DNA of 64,000 nt from contig NMRA01000175.1 of the NCBI GenBank assembly GCA_002633005.1, positions 379,831-443,830 on the forward strand, in the 5' to 3' direction. The stretch comes from Phoronis australis. Its lineage: Eukaryota > Animalia > Phoronida. The stretch's first letter is position 1, and every line of letters starts with the position of its first letter. Below the pieces are notes generated by a model that saw only the letters and a list, made by a program, of their open reading frames with translations, made no database searches and had not been told where the DNA came from. The translations under genes and the position numbers were made by a program. Positions 32,858 through 46,750 of the stretch are shown here, one piece after another.

Positions 32858-34803
32858 TAATTGCTTATATATACATGTGTAACACTTGCCAGAAGGAGTT
32901 AGTTGTGCTTGTTTCAAGTGTTCTTATGGCGAGGAGTTGAAAACTGAAATATTGTAAACGAAATGAAGATATTTTACACCAATTTCAGGATGGAGAGAAT
33001 TCAGTGGCTGGACTCGTAAATATTATCAGTAGATCATTAAAGCCATGGGCTAGACACCGCAAACTTTACACCGAGATGGAAATTAAGTCTAGTTTTAGAA
33101 CCAAAAACACGTACTGTAATTGGAAGTTCAATTAGTGACTGGACGTTGTCAATACTAGAGAACAAGAGAACAAGTCTTACATCTGGACCTAATGCATCTC
33201 ATTTGGTTATTCAGAGTATGAGGCAAGCTGCTGGTTTGTCTCTGTCCCCTGAATATTAGTCACTGTATATGTTTGTAGAATTCTGTGGCAGAAGTTGTGT
33301 GATTGTTAATGTAAACATTCAAATTTCTGAGACATTATGTCACCAAAATTAAAGTGTAAAATAATCTTTAGTGTCACAGTCTGATCACCATATAAGCTAC
33401 ATACAAACTTGAGTAGAGTGTTGTTTTTTAAATAACATGACGAGTCAAGTGGCTCAGCCTTTTCATAAAGTGTCTGTAGTCTGACAACCAGAAGACTGGA
33501 ACATTTAACATAATTACACTATGTTAGGAGGAGTTGTACACAGGAACTGTTACTGTCGTCATTTAACTAAATGTGTGGATTTAAAAAAATGTGCTGTATA
33601 ATAGTCACTAGTTTTGATGTAGCTACTTCAATACTCCTTGAGTTATAACTATTCCTACTGTTTTTGAACTATTTTATTGAAAGGTAATGACACTTTCTTC
33701 TTCAATTTGTGCCATGCGTGATTGTAATTAAGTCGGGGGCGTAGCCAGAGTTTTTTTTTGTTCAAGTTGCGCAAACTCTAAATTAAAGTAGGTTCGTTTA
33801 TTATTGTTCGGCAATGATGGTGCTCTCCCGTAATGTATTTGATTTTGAATTCAAAGTTTTGAATTATACGAAAATAATGAATTTTGGATAGGATATACAT
33901 CGTCTGCTGGCTATGCCACTGCAAGTGATTCAGTGTAGCAGCATAGCTGATAGGAGTGAACCAGTATTCAGCTGCTTTACAGCCTACAATGAAAATGAAA
34001 TTTTGTGACAAGTTGTGTTATTGATCTTGTTATTATCTAAGAGATGTAATTAAAATTTGACTTATAATAACTTGAAGTCTGATTTCAACCCACTGAACTA
34101 GTCGAAATCACTTCCAGGAATTTCTCTAAAAGGACCCACCCATTTGCAAGGGCATAGGTAAGGTTCTCTTAATATCTATACTACACAGTTGTTACTTTCT
34201 CGGCCGATTGCAAGGGTGTGTTTTTTCCTGGAAACTTCCCTGGGTGTGTGGGGCCTGTTTTCAGTATTTGGCGTCCACGATCAGAACCATAATATAGTCG
34301 GCGGACACAGATCATAAACAACGACTTAGTTCACAGAAGCCTCACCATCTACATATAAATGTCCCGCTTTTTGACACAGGGTAACATTGACATATAAAAT
34401 CATATACTATTGCAATTCCTGCGCGATGGAGCCAAATTCTCCCGCTTTTCTAAAGAAACGGGACGTACCATGAGTTTTGGGCACCCACAATTACCCATTC
34501 AACCAATAAAACAACAAAAAACATTTGTGCGCTTTTTTGGTTGTTACATCTCCCATTCGACCGAAATATGTTGTGCTGCAGCTAACATTTCACATTTACG
34601 GTTCGGCCTAGACCAAAGTGTCCAGATTTTTATCCTTTAGTCCCGCTTTTCAATCCAGTTGTTCCGTTTTTTGGTTCTTGAATGCTGACCGTGACTAATA
34701 TGCAACAGGTATCCAACAAAAGGTCTCATTTTATGAATATTTTTATTTCCACTTTCATTTGTAACATGACAATCGTAACATACACTACATATACATGTAT
34801 CAG

Positions 34804-36567
34804 CAGGGCTCAACATAACGAGCTTTGGAAATGCGAGCTGAAATTTTTGTCAGCTCGTATCAAGTCGCAAAATAAAACCTGAAATTTTCAAAGAATGAGA
34901 GCTGAGTTTTTACACTTCTCGGAAAATTACCTGGCAAATATAAAGCAACTCTTGTTAATCCGACCGTTATTTGGTTATTACCAAATCCAAGTTCAAAAGA
35001 GCGCCAACCGAGAACAGCCCTCCCGATGACTTGTAAGCAAGTTGCGTGAACATGGGATATGCAGAATCGATCTTTGACGCGTTTCATTAGCTCGGCCACT
35101 TTTGCAAATTTCCGGATTCGCCGAAGAAAATTTCGGGCCATGTGATAAAACGTCACAAAACACGCGGCGGTGTTTCTATTGATTCTTAAACGATCAGCTT
35201 ACCAAACTCTGTGGTGGACAAATATGTTTATATTTCGCATAAGATGTCCTTATTACATGTATCAAATATCCACGACAATACCCTTGATATCGCACTGCGG
35301 CACCGATCGGTCCCGTTGTTACCGCGCAAGCAGTCCCGGCAGACAATCGACAGTACTAAATGAAAGGGTATACCGGCTTGGCTGTGTTAAAAAGACACCG
35401 CGAACTAGCGGAGTCTAGTTTAACCTGTCCTTTTTAACAAGAAACTTGCCTTAATGAACGCACGTCTACCTGTAGGAATACCTTAGTTCTAAGAGATGAC
35501 CAGCAGCGACCGACGTACGTAAAAACCCAATCACGCTTAGGATCACGACGCCTCTGTATCGTGTGCGAAGGCCGTCGAAGTCCCGTACTTCAATCCCCCG
35601 ACCTATATTTTAACTGATATGCTTGAAGTCCGACGTCAGGGTAGCTCCGTCAGGGTAAAATCGGTCCTCCGTGCAGTAAGCAACAACTCCCAACTTTTCA
35701 AAATTTTGATTTTAACCGCCCATGCTCGGCTTACCGCCCACCCTGTTTTTTTGATTCCCAATTTAAGCGCCCTGGGCGGTAACGCGTTAGAGTACGGTAA
35801 GTCAAAATTTCAATGATTTGCTCGTCAACACATTTTCACACTTGATCGTTACAATTTATGATTTACGTGTAAGATTCCCATGTAGTAACGTCTTACGGCA
35901 TGTGTGGAAACTGTCGTCTGCGCCGGTGTCTGCAGTTGCAATGTCGAAATGGATACTTACATGTAGTTTGCGTATGGTTTCAAGTCAAAGAGCTCTAATC
36001 TTGCAACTGGTAACCAAACCCAAGGGCGTGAAACCACCAAGCAAGAGTGTGAAACTAATAAACGAAAATGGGAATTCCTTCCGAAATGGAAAGAAGATTT
36101 TGACAGGTTACGGTATAATAGCGACCAGAAATAAAATGTGTTGTGGCCCGTGGGAAAAATACGCCGACACAAACAGTTCATCTCGCGTCTGGGTCAGATG
36201 TGTTCATGTTCGAATCTTTGAAAAGTCACCAACAGTCGACGGCTCACTCAGCAGCTTATAAAAAGAATATATATAACTGAATATGGAAAACCCAGGGTAA
36301 ACTTGTAGCGTGTTCACTGTTGCAATCCAAATGCAAATACCCACTTTAATAAACTTGTGCAAAATTTAAAAGTTGTGTAATATATGCTCTTACCCATGTT
36401 TATTGAGCTTGTGCTAACAGGTATAATGTGCGACATTCACATATGTTTGAAAAGCTTAATTTGAGTTAAATTACCTTTGGACAAGTGTCTTATAGGTCAG
36501 GACAAGTCAATTTCATTTCTACTTGTCCGACTGGACAAGTTAAAATAAAAGCTAATGTCGAGCCCTG
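34804..36567 (+). mobile_element. Internally deleted hAT-like element
   Basis: TIR CAGGGCTC(A/G)ACAT(A/T)A; internal KRKWEFLPKWKEDFDRLRY...MCC resembles hAT N-terminal zinc-finger starts; no TSD seen. Confidence 0.5.
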
Positions 36568-36719
36568 CGAGTTGGGCATAATTGGATGGGATTATTGTAA
36601 CTACTTCGTTCTAACTAATGAACCCAAAATGCTTATGTCATGCGTTACAAGCATTTATGAAATTAACAATTTCGTAAGAACGGAAGAACTTATAATAATT
36701 GCTTGTTAAAAACTACATT

Positions 36720-39040
36720 GCTAACACTTTATTTTGCACTCACTGGGTTTCAGTGCCTGGACGCTCACTCCGAGCTTGTAGGTGTGCTGTAAAGTGTTAG
36801 CGTAGGCCCAATAGGCACAGGGTACGGGCGGCGCACCATAGGGGGCTGGGGCTATAGCACCCACTTTTTTCAGTGCTGCGCCGCCCATGCAGGCTCTTAT
36901 TTGCAGGGCAGAGATCCCTAAATGCCTGGCGTTTGAAACTGAATCAGCTCTAGCTGAATGCGCTTTGAAAATCGAATTATCAATTCCGGTTGCAGCCATA
37001 ATCTCTTTGAGCCATCATGCTATAGAATGTATCTCAGAAATAGGTGGTTCATTTGATATCGAGTCACTCTCAAATTGACTCTTCTACTTAAATATACTCT
37101 AAAGCAGTTAACCGCACATAGCTTCTCGTTATCGTTAAAAGGGTACAATGAAAATGTTAAGAAAGACCTGTTAGATTCTTTGGTCTTAGTCAGCCCCGCA
37201 ATAGGAATGTTAAGCAGGTCCCAAGGTAGGGTTGATTTTGTGGAAATAGGAGCTTCTGTCGATTGTAGTCAACTCTAACAGCATCACCAGTTTCTGTGGC
37301 AAATCTTTTAGTGACAACTCTTCCTTCTCTGCCAACAATTCTATGTACAGCAGAACGCATCGCACATTCCAAGTGGTGGTGTACCTTGCCCTGGTGGGTT
37401 GTTAAACATTCCTCGCAAGAGGCATTTAATGACCGGGTGTTGGCCTACTAGGGTCCCTTCAAGTGACTGGTGGTATCCGACAAGGATGACCTGAAGCCGG
37501 TGTTCCTAGTAGCATACTCGAGTCCTCTGTGGAACTGGGCTACAAGAAAGTCTGCTATATTTGCCAAAGTGATTTGAAAGGGATCAACCGCTGTTTCACG
37601 ACAGGTGCCTGCGTGCTTTCCGTGTGCTTTCTCGCCGAGTTCACGCAGCAAGGTTGCAATGTCTTCTGAAACCAAGTTTGTTGGACGATGACCCCCGAGA
37701 CTGTGGAAGCTGCACGAGTAAGACTGTTGGCTAGGATTAGGGGATGTGTTTCCCTTCGGAGGACGAAGGAAACGTGGAGCAGTTGGCAAGGGAATTAGCA
37801 AATTGGTGCTCGTGCTCAGGAGCATGGAATACCGTGGTTGATCTGGCCACCATGACACCAGAGAGACTAGTGTCAATGAGGCTAAGCACCGATGAGGCAA
37901 AACGGCGGGAAAGCATATGCGTCTCTGCAGTTCCACTTTAACCTGAAGGCATCCGTTATTATTGCTTGTGCGCCCAACTTCCAACTGGCAAACTTTGTCG
38001 TTTGGGATGTGAAGCTGCCTGCAAAGAGGTCCACCGCAAAAGTCTGCGCATTTTGTCTAGGTGGCTGAATACCTGTCGGCCAGGCATCCACTTGCTCTTG
38101 TCCGTGAAAACTCTGCATAGGTTATCCGCTATGACGTTCTGGTAGGTGGCAGTAATCATGATCCTGTGTGAAAAAGAGTAGTCCCACAGTCCCCATATAT
38201 CTCACTTGAAGCAGAGTTCGGGATCGCGGACATCCGATTTTGTTTGTTTGAGCCACTGACGCCGTGTTGTCGATTCTTAAGTGCACATCACAGTTTGTCC
38301 TTTCTCTGCACAGCACTGAATGGCAAAGGAGACTACCTTGAGTTCTAGCACATTGATGTGTTCCAAGGCTTCTGATCGGTTTCACTTTGCACTCCGCTCC
38401 CCAGACCTTTTGTTAAGCATCAGTGGTGATGATCAGGTGGGACAGGGGGTAATAATTGACTTGTCATTACATTGTCGGAAGTAATGTAGTCACCATCGGA
38501 TCTCCTTGTTGCAATCCGGTGTCAACTTGCGACGTTCCATGAACAGGTCTCGAAATTTCTGCATATGCAGCTGCCGATAGTGTAAAGGCGCTGGGAACAC
38601 TGCCAGAGTGGATGCCCTGAGCTGTCATATGAGCTGTGACAGATCCCTGACTGTAGTTGTTGTTTGGTCAAGTATTTGTTGGCACTTGTACAGCTTTGTT
38701 ATTTTCTCTTCTGGCAGGGACAGGTTCACAACCAGAACGAAACCCAGGTATTCTATTGTCTTAGTGCCTGAAAGTTGCGATTTTTTCCCAATTTATAACA
38801 AACCATAACATCTGAAGGAGCCAGAGAGCCGAGTTCCTGTCAGTTGCTAGTTTTTCCTCTTTTGGTGCAGTATGTTAATGCCGTCGAGATAATAAACAGC
38901 CAGACACCCATTTTTCGCAAGAATGTCACAGCTAGCTTCAGGAGCTTTTTGAACACTCGAGGGGCTGATTTGAGTCCAAAAAGGCAAACCTGAACCTCGT
39001 GCATTGTTAGGTTCCAAGCGACGAGTAAATGTCAATTTGT
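36720..39040 (-). mobile_element. Degenerate DIRS tyrosine-recombinase retrotransposon (RT-RNaseH-MT-like + YR)
   Basis: Minus-strand fragments in canonical order: LAVYYLDG (YLDD), IITTDA, LRIDNTASVAQTNKIG, NVIADNLCR, VDLFA..DAF..W..AYAFPPF, then GIDNSIFKAHSAR (YR HxxR); many frameshifts. Confidence 0.85.
36823..36889. mobile_element. ~67-bp mini-MITE inserted in the DIRS recombinase ORF
   Basis: TIR GGGCGGCGCA/TGCGCCGCCC; near-TSD CAGGG/CAGGC; homologous copies at 63751-63890. Confidence 0.75.
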
Positions 39041-39149
39041 CAGTTACTTAATGGGTTTTGTATTATCTGCTCTAGACGATTTATCTTTATTTTGCAAACC
39101 ATAAGTTATGTTAACGCTTTTGGACCTAAATGTCTTGCTCATAAAAATC

Positions 39150-39410
39150 CTCACGTGGCCCTCGTGACCCGGGGATAGGGGGAATCCCTGCCTAATTTTT
39201 AGGACATCACTGAAATGCCCATGTGGCCGGGTAGATCCCCACCGCAACCTGGGGATAGGGGGAATCCCTGCCTATTTTTAGGTCAATGTCAATGAAAGTG
39301 CCCATTTGGCCAGCTAGCCCCCGCCGTTAGCCAGGCCAGGGATAGGGGGAACCCCTGTCCAATTTTTTTTAAGGTCAACATCATTTCAATGCCCACGTGA
39401 CCGGCATACC
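39150..39410. repeat. ~80-87-bp GC-rich tandem repeat, about 3 units
   Basis: GGGATAGGGGGAA(T/C)CCCTG..AATTTTTAGG recurring near 39171, 39251 and 39338. Confidence 0.8.
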
Positions 39411-39529
39411 CACGCCGCTCGGGCATTACATTCGGGAACCCAATGGTGGTCCGCCTAAGCATAAAACTGGCTTGTTGTCGTACTCACACAATTATTCCAC
39501 TTCAAAGTTATGCTCAGAATAGGACATGT

Positions 39530-41350
39530 GGGATAGGATGAAGAGTGCTGGGAAAGACAAGAAAGGCAGACTAAGTCAGCGCTTTTTTGAGTTATACGCA
39601 CACGGCAGCATTAGCTCATCTGGCACATTTCACACACTGAATTGAACACGTTGATGTTCAGCTGAATACAAAGCTAATACCTGGTCAAGTCATGCAAGAT
39701 CTGAAGGAGCACTCGAGAAACACGGAAGTCATGAAAATCCTTTTCGATATGAGAAGCCTGGGTAGACAACAGATTGCTTTCCGGGGACGTAGTCATGACG
39801 AGAATGGGAATTTCAAATACAGATTGTCAAGCCTGCAGCACGGCATACAGTAACAACAATTTGAAAATGTGGCTTTCGGACGATGTTTCCAAACCATACA
39901 TTGCCATGTACTTATCATGGCAGATATTTCCCCTGACACTTCCAGATAGATTGGTAGTTGTTGTCAGGTATGTGGATGATGAAAACATGAGCCAAGAGAG
40001 AGTTCTTGAGGTGAAGGAAGCCTACTGGCGACGGCCAAGTAAGGGAAATTCTCGAGTCTTTGGAAACTAGAATTTCGGCAACAAATGAGTTGGTGTTTCA
40101 ATCGCACGATTTCACTGCTTTTTGTCAGTATCATGTCAGGGGGCACAGAACTGTCTACAAAGTTTGTTCGATCGCTTAACCCCACACATACCCTGTCAAG
40201 GATTCCGCTCCAATTCGTTCAATGAACACTGTTGCAAGATAACTGTGTTTTCCAGCATGTATGAACTACTGCAAGAATTGTACGTCTTCTTCAGCAAAAG
40301 CTGCAAACGACATGATGTACTGATGTCAAGCAAATTATAAGCTGCTGAAAACGCACTTACATTCCGAAAGTATCTAAAACTCGTTGGGTGCATTCTAGTG
40401 AAATATTTGAATCTGTGTGGAGATCGTTTGAGCCGATAGTGACGTACTAAGTGCCATTTCAGGCATGGAGAACATAGATAACGCAACTCAAGCAGGAGCT
40501 TACCTCTTTGATGAGAAAAATGCTGAAGCACAATTTCATCTTTGCTTTGGTGTTCATGCGTGTGAAGAAGACAAAACTTCTGCCTACAGCGCTACAGAAG
40601 GAAGAGCTTAATATCGTGGATGCATTGAAACTAATCGATGTAAATGTTTCATCGTTCTTGTGAATCAGGAATTCCACTGAAGAAATAAATGCTGAGTTCG
40701 ATTCCAGCATCCGATTTGCCAGACATTGAGAAAGAGTTTGCGGACAAAAGGACGAAGCGTATACCAAAACGGCTTGACCATAGCGCTTCAACTTCAACAG
40801 CTCTGTGTTTCCAAGAAACATACCGAAGATGAATGATTGAGGATCTTGATACGCTGGCTAGCGGGTACAGAGACAACAGTACGTTGCCTTAATTTTTGAA
40901 CCTCTAGCTAAATTATTTCAACTACCTCTTACAGTCCCTACAGAAGAGGAATTCTTGGCAATTTATGAGTTGTTTCCCCTATTGATAAGGCAAACATGAA
41001 AGCTAATTATGACATCTTCACCAAGTACGTCCTTTATGGAAGTCATCGCTTTACACAGTATAGCGGCGTGTGTAACTTCGCTTTCAAGAATAAAAGGATC
41101 TTCCCGTACGCGTGAATCTACAATTAATTTCCATTGTCCCTGTTAATGTGGCTAAAGACTAGAGAACTGTCAGCAAAATGAAAATTATCAAAAATTGCCT
41201 CCGTATGAATGACGAGAGACTGGACGACCTAATTGTTCTTGCAACTGAAATAGGGATTTGACAGATACCATAAGCGCTGAAGCCATGATCGACTTCTGGA
41301 GTAAAAAAGAACAGGAGGCTAAAGACAAAAATCGCAAGCTTGTAATGTTC
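39530..41350 (+). pseudogene. Decayed hAT (ZMYM1-like) transposase
   Basis: Fragments LAFRG, LVVVVRYVD...ERVL, HIPCQG, LQELYVFFSKSCKRH, TRW, LQKEELNIVDALKLI, ERTVSKMKIIKNCLR..DERLDDLIVLATE (hATC dimerization); multiple stops and frameshifts. Confidence 0.8.
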
Positions 41351-42540
41351 CAATGACTTCTCACAAGTCTACAGGTCAGTTTTTTGAAAACTTGAAACAA
41401 AAGTACGGTATGGAACTCTAGATGAAGATGGTAACGTTTAATCAACCCTTTTGCTTAACTGTCCGACCGCCGTTTTCTTGCCATGAATAAATCTTTTGAT
41501 ACTACGAATGTTTTTGAGTGAGCTAATCAGGGAAACTATCTAACAAGATACAGTTTCGTTGAAATACCTCCAACCGAATGTAAGTGTAGACTAGCCTATA
41601 TAGTAAATTACAAGAAAAGTTCCATTAATTGTCGTTATTCCCGTTGATTCACATTGTTGGATAAAGCAGTCTGCACCATCATTCTTGGCTTTCAGCGAAT
41701 TTGTAGGGCACTTACGCTTTATGACAACCCCCCACCCCCCCAAAAAGAGCAGAACTACTAGTTTCAACCCTGTTCGAATATCTCGAGAATGGTACGTAAG
41801 TCGTATATAGTGAAGGACTCGACATCTCCATAACGCTAAATCGTCGTGAGAGACCGTCCGGAGTTGGAATGTGGTACTGCAACTCGGTCTGGGCTAGCGA
41901 AAAGAAAAGTTCTTCTGTGAGCCTACACCATGGTGTGATAAACGAGAGTAGTTGTACTTGCCGCGTTAGCTGCAGGTATCATTATCTCTTTTATGACACA
42001 AAATGTGTGACTGGGCAAAGCTTTTTCAAATTAGTGTACATAAACCAGTGGAGCGTCAGATCGCTGAGGTCCCAGTCAACCTCTCGGCAATTCTACGTTA
42101 TGTCAACTTCCTGCATGTTAGCGCTTGAAAAGATCTATCCACTAAATTTCTGACTGATCCATCAAGGCCCGGATGCCGAAGATAGTACGGCACAAAAACT
42201 AAATTAATTGGAGAACAGTCATGGGAAAATCCCGAATAACTACACCTAGAGAAGTCACTGGCACACAGTCGATCATCCCGAGGCCTAACCCGGCTGCGAA
42301 ATCGTTTCACTCCACAGAAAAAAAATCAGAAATCCCTGTAGTTCGAGTTCTGGGCTCTGCAAACCAAACTTCAATGAAAAATTGAATGGCCGCCGCAACG
42401 TCCTCCAGTTGCTTCCGATTTCGACCAAAATCAATACGTTTCGACTGAGCCGTATCATCATGGCGCGGCTACAACAGACGACCCAAAAGTCAGGTGAGAA
42501 TTACTGCCAACAGAGTTGAAGCACCGTCAGGTGACGAAAT

Positions 42541-42758
42541 GCGTCATTCGCCCTTGATGTTCCCATTTGTTGCGTGTTGTGAGGCGTCAGTTGAGTGGTT
42601 AGGTGTAAACGACTGCTCTTATATGATAGGACTGGCGGGAACATAGGCAGCGTCATTCGCCCTTGATGTTCCCATTTGTTGCGTGTTGTGATTCGTCAGT
42701 TGAGTGGTTAGGTGTAAACGACTGCTCTTATATGATAGGACTGGCGGGAACATAGGCA
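42541..42758. repeat. 109-bp direct tandem duplication (2 units, 2 mismatches)
   Basis: 42541-42649 matches 42650-42758 except GG/TT. Confidence 0.9.
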
Positions 42759-42979
42759 TCACCCGTGCCGGGTCTCTCCGCCGCAACGGGGCTCCCTATC
42801 GCTGCTATATCTCAGTGTTCAAGCTGCGTTGATTCTGTTGGAGCTGAGTAGTCTTTGAAAGCCTAGCTAGTGAAATTGTGTAAGTATAACGGAGCAAAGA
42901 AACAAACAAAAAACAAATTTTATGACAAAACAAGTTGACGAACTCTTCAGGTTGACTGATGATTTCACCTGAACTTTAA

Positions 42980-44239
42980 AAGGGAACTGTAATTTATTCT
43001 GAATAAATTCTGGATAGTTTTCTATGAATTGTTGATTAATTTCACAAATAATTCAACACCAAAAATTAAACTTATATTCTCTAACGAAGCTAAAAAAATT
43101 ACCGGCTTGGAGCGCAGCTTAGTCTCGTGACGTATTTGGCGGGGGCAAAGTCACTGTCCTGTGTTAGCGTGCAATCAAGTAGCGTTTTTCATCTTGTCGG
43201 AATAAGAAATTTTAGTGTGAAATGCCGGGTCACCAGGGATACCTGTTTGAGCCGAGGCAACACAAAGTGATACCCAGTCATCGTCATCGTCAGACGAAAA
43301 TTTGCCGGTGCAACTGGTGTCAGTGACTGTGCCGAGGGCAATGTGGACTCTAGCCATCCAGTCAGCCAGCTGTCAGCCAATACTCCGGCAGCTCTGTAAA
43401 CTTGAAGGGTTGGTAAGTTACCTACTGTAGCTGTATGAAGACTATCGTACCACTGTGTGTTGAGCTCCGTTAACCCCGAAATTTCAGACAGCCGNNNNNN
43501 NNNNNNNNNNNNNNNNNNNNNNNNNNNNNNNNNNNNNNNNNNNNNNNNNNNNNNNNNNNNNNNNNNNNNNNNNNNNNNNNNNNNNNNNNNNNNNNNNNNN
43601 NNNNNNNNNNNNNNNNNNNNNNNNNNNNNNNNNNNNNNNNNNNNNNNNNNNNNNNNNNNNNNNNNNNNNNNNNNNNNNNNNNNNNNNNNNNNNNNNNNNN
43701 NNNNNNNNNNNNNNNNNNNNNNNNNNNNNNNNNNNNNNNNNNNNNNNNNNNNNNNNNNNNNNNNNNNNNNNNNNNNNNNNNNNNNNNNNNNNNNNNNNNN
43801 NNNNNNNNNNNNNNNNNNNNNNNNNNNNNNNNNNNNNNNNNNNNNNNNNNNNNNNNNNNNNNNNNNNNNNNNNNNNNNNNNNNNNNNNNNNNNNNNNNNN
43901 NNNNNNNNNNNNNNNNNNNNNNNNNNNNNNNNNNNNNNNNNNNNNNNNNNNNNNNNNNNNNNNNNNNNNNNNNNNNNNNNNNNNNNNNNNNNNNNNNNNN
44001 NNNNNNNNNNNNNNNNNNNNNNNNNNNNNNNNNNNNNNNNNNNNNNNNNNNNNNNNNCAGCCGATACCCCGCCGTTCACGTCACTGACACATCAGCCAAT
44101 CAGCGATCGCTTTCAGAATTCAGTGTTTTGACCATGAATTCGAATTGGCTTTAGTTTGGCACGCAAGTCAGGCAAATGTGAGTTTTATTTGTATGTTAGA
44201 ACCGATTAACTGCAACATTATTTTGACTACAGTCCCCTT
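42980..44239. mobile_element. Kolobok-like non-autonomous element spanning an assembly gap
   Basis: TTAA-AAGGGAACTGTA ... TACAGTCCCCTT-TTAA termini. Confidence 0.55.
43495..44057. other. Assembly gap
   Basis: Run of N. Confidence 1.
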
Positions 44240-44844
44240 TTAAGTTCACGCACTACACCAGCGCCTCTGTTGACGAAATTGCACGTTCCGAACAAACAGG
44301 TGGCGCTGAAAGGAGAACGAATAACTTTGGTATCCGTGTTCTCCTTAGTTTTTGCTAGAAAGCCACATAATTTAGCTGCTTACTGGTGTATGAGGGGAAT
44401 TTTGGACAATTCTACCGTATAGAGCAGTCACATCCCAGTAAGTATAATTTTGAGTTCTTGTTAAGTTCATATTTCATCAGTGCCACCGCTTCTACTTGGC
44501 CCAAGTACCAGAGTCAGAGACCGTACAGCGTGCCGTGCGTGAACTAGGAATCCTGCGTAATCTATTCTTAAGATTACGCGGAAGTGAGTGTTGCGTTACC
44601 GTAACTTGTGTCGCTGAACCAGAGGAAAATGTGAATGGCTAAATCGATTATTATTTAGTGAAACTGATCGCCGTAGTTGAAAAGGTTGGTTAAAATTGAC
44701 ATTATTTTATTCAAATGTAACTTGATTTAATGCAGTGCAAATTTTTGTGAACATGAACGTGATTACTTGAGTGAACTTGTCAAGTTGCCTCGCGTATTCC
44801 AAGTTCACGCTACACTCACTTCCGCTTAATCTTGAGATTAAGCA

Positions 44845-45299
44845 NNNNNNNNNNNNNNNNNNNNNNNNNNNNNNNNNNNNNNNNNNNNNNNNNNNNNNNN
44901 NNNNNNNNNNNNNNNNNNNNNNNNNNNNNNNNNNNNNNNNNNNNNNNNNNNNNNNNNNNNNNNNNNNNNNNNNNNNNNNNNNNNNNNNNNNNNNNNNNNN
45001 NNNNNNNNNNNNNNNNNNNNNNNNNNNNNNNNNNNNNNNNNNNNNNNNNNNNNNNNNNNNNNNNNNNNNNNNNNNNNNNNNNNNNNNNNNNNNNNNNNNN
45101 NNNNNNNNNNNNNNNNNNNNNNNNNNNNNNNNNNNNNNNNNNNNNNNNNNNNNNNNNNNNNNNNNNNNNNNNNNNNNNNNNNNNNNNNNNNNNNNNNNNN
45201 NNNNNNNNNNNNNNNNNNNNNNNNNNNNNNNNNNNNNNNNNNNNNNNNNNNNNNNNNNNNNNNNNNNNNNNNNNNNNNNNNNNNNNNNNNNNNNNNNNN
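44845..45299. other. Assembly gap
   Basis: Run of N. Confidence 1.
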
Positions 45300-45440
45300 G
45301 GATTCCAAGTTCACGTACAGCAAGCTCGCGTCGGGGTAGACACTGTGCTAGCGCACAGACGATGGAGCTCCCATACGAGCTTCATACGCCGGAAACTTTT
45401 CACTGAATTATACCTTGATCGCACTGACTAAAACATCAAA

Positions 45441-45835
45441 GTCACATTGTTATAAATACCTTTTGCACACAGTCATAGAGGGACACCTTAGCTTAGGTAA
45501 AGGAGGTGGTCGATGTACTCTATTTAATTCCTTCCAACTCGAACAAATACTCCTGTTATCAAACTATTTGTTCAAGCAGTCCCTTGTTCAGTTCCCAAAA
45601 TAGGTATAACTCGGCTTTTTCACACGGCGCACGCCAGAGGATACATACGTCATCCCACCTGTTGGGCGCAGTCTTAAAAATGACGAGTTTTCGATTTTTA
45701 GAACTGAACGAGGGACTGCTCGAAGAAAAAGTTTGATAACAGGAATATTTGTTGTTCGAGTTGGAAGGAATTAAATACACCGACAGCCTCCTAAGGTGTC
45801 CGTCTATGTGCAAAAGGTATTTATAACAACGTGAC
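45441..45835. repeat. Foldback inverted repeat with ~155-bp arms
   Basis: TGTTATAAATACCTTTTGCACA...TATTTAATTCCTTCCAACTCGAACAA...TCAGTTC mirrored at ~45700-45835. Confidence 0.85.
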
Positions 45836-45959
45836 CGGGATCTCAGAGCTTTTTTGAGCATGAAAAGGTAACCAATTTTCTTTGGTGCCACAGTGCTCTG
45901 TGGGTATCCTAATGCTTGGAAATGACCGTCTGGCATGTTCGCTTTGGTGGGTGTGGTCA

Positions 45960-46750
45960 GGGGAGCCAAGTGAATGACAGTAAAAAATTGAGCTAGATCA
46001 ACTTTTCTGGTAACCACTTCAAACTGCCTTGGATACCTACTACGTAATCCCCTGTATCAAAATTGGTCACTGCCAGACAATTTCAGTGGTGGGGAGTATC
46101 AGACAGACGGTTATAAACAAGGTAAAAAAAATTGAGCTAGATCAATTCACGTGGTAACCGCATGAAACCTGTTTCAAAATATTCATCGTGGGCCCAGGTA
46201 TCACAAATGAACACTGCCAGACAAATCTAGTGGTGGGTTAGACACGCCCAAATACCCGAGTTGAGCTAGATCAATCCACTATGTATTACCATTTGAAACC
46301 AATTGCACGATGTTCAGCATCACATGGCACAACTGTTAGATGCCAGACAATTTCATTGGTGGGGTGCCCCTGCCAGACGATTATCAAAAAGGGTTAAAAA
46401 TTGAGCTAGATCAACCCAAGAGGTAATCACTTAAAACCAGTTCCAAAGTATTCACCGTAAGCCCAAGTATCACGAATAAACACTGCCAGACAAATCTAGT
46501 GGTGGGTTAGTCCCGCCAGACGCGCCAAAAAAACAGAGTTGAGCTAGATCAACCCAAGAGGTAACCGCATGAAACCAGTTGCAAAATATTCGCCGTAAGC
46601 CCAGGTATCTAGAATAAATACTGCCAGACAAATCTAGTGGTGGGTTATCCCCGCCAGACATGCCCAAGTACCTGAGTTGAGCTAAGTCGACCCACCAGGT
46701 AACCGTTTGAAACCAATCGTCCGATGTTCAGCATCACTGCACGTGACACA
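45960..46750. repeat. ~138-bp diverged satellite, about 6 units
   Basis: TGAGCTAGATCAA-like anchors near 45989, 46133, 46262, 46402, 46540, 46678; TGCCAGACAA..TAGTGGTGGG in most units. Confidence 0.85.

Noticed and set aside
43189-45431. Long ORFs in the ORF track
   Set aside because: They are artefacts of N runs.
45960-46750. CRISPR-like repeat-spacer pattern
   Set aside because: Whole units are homologous (no unique spacers), the context is eukaryotic and there are no cas genes.
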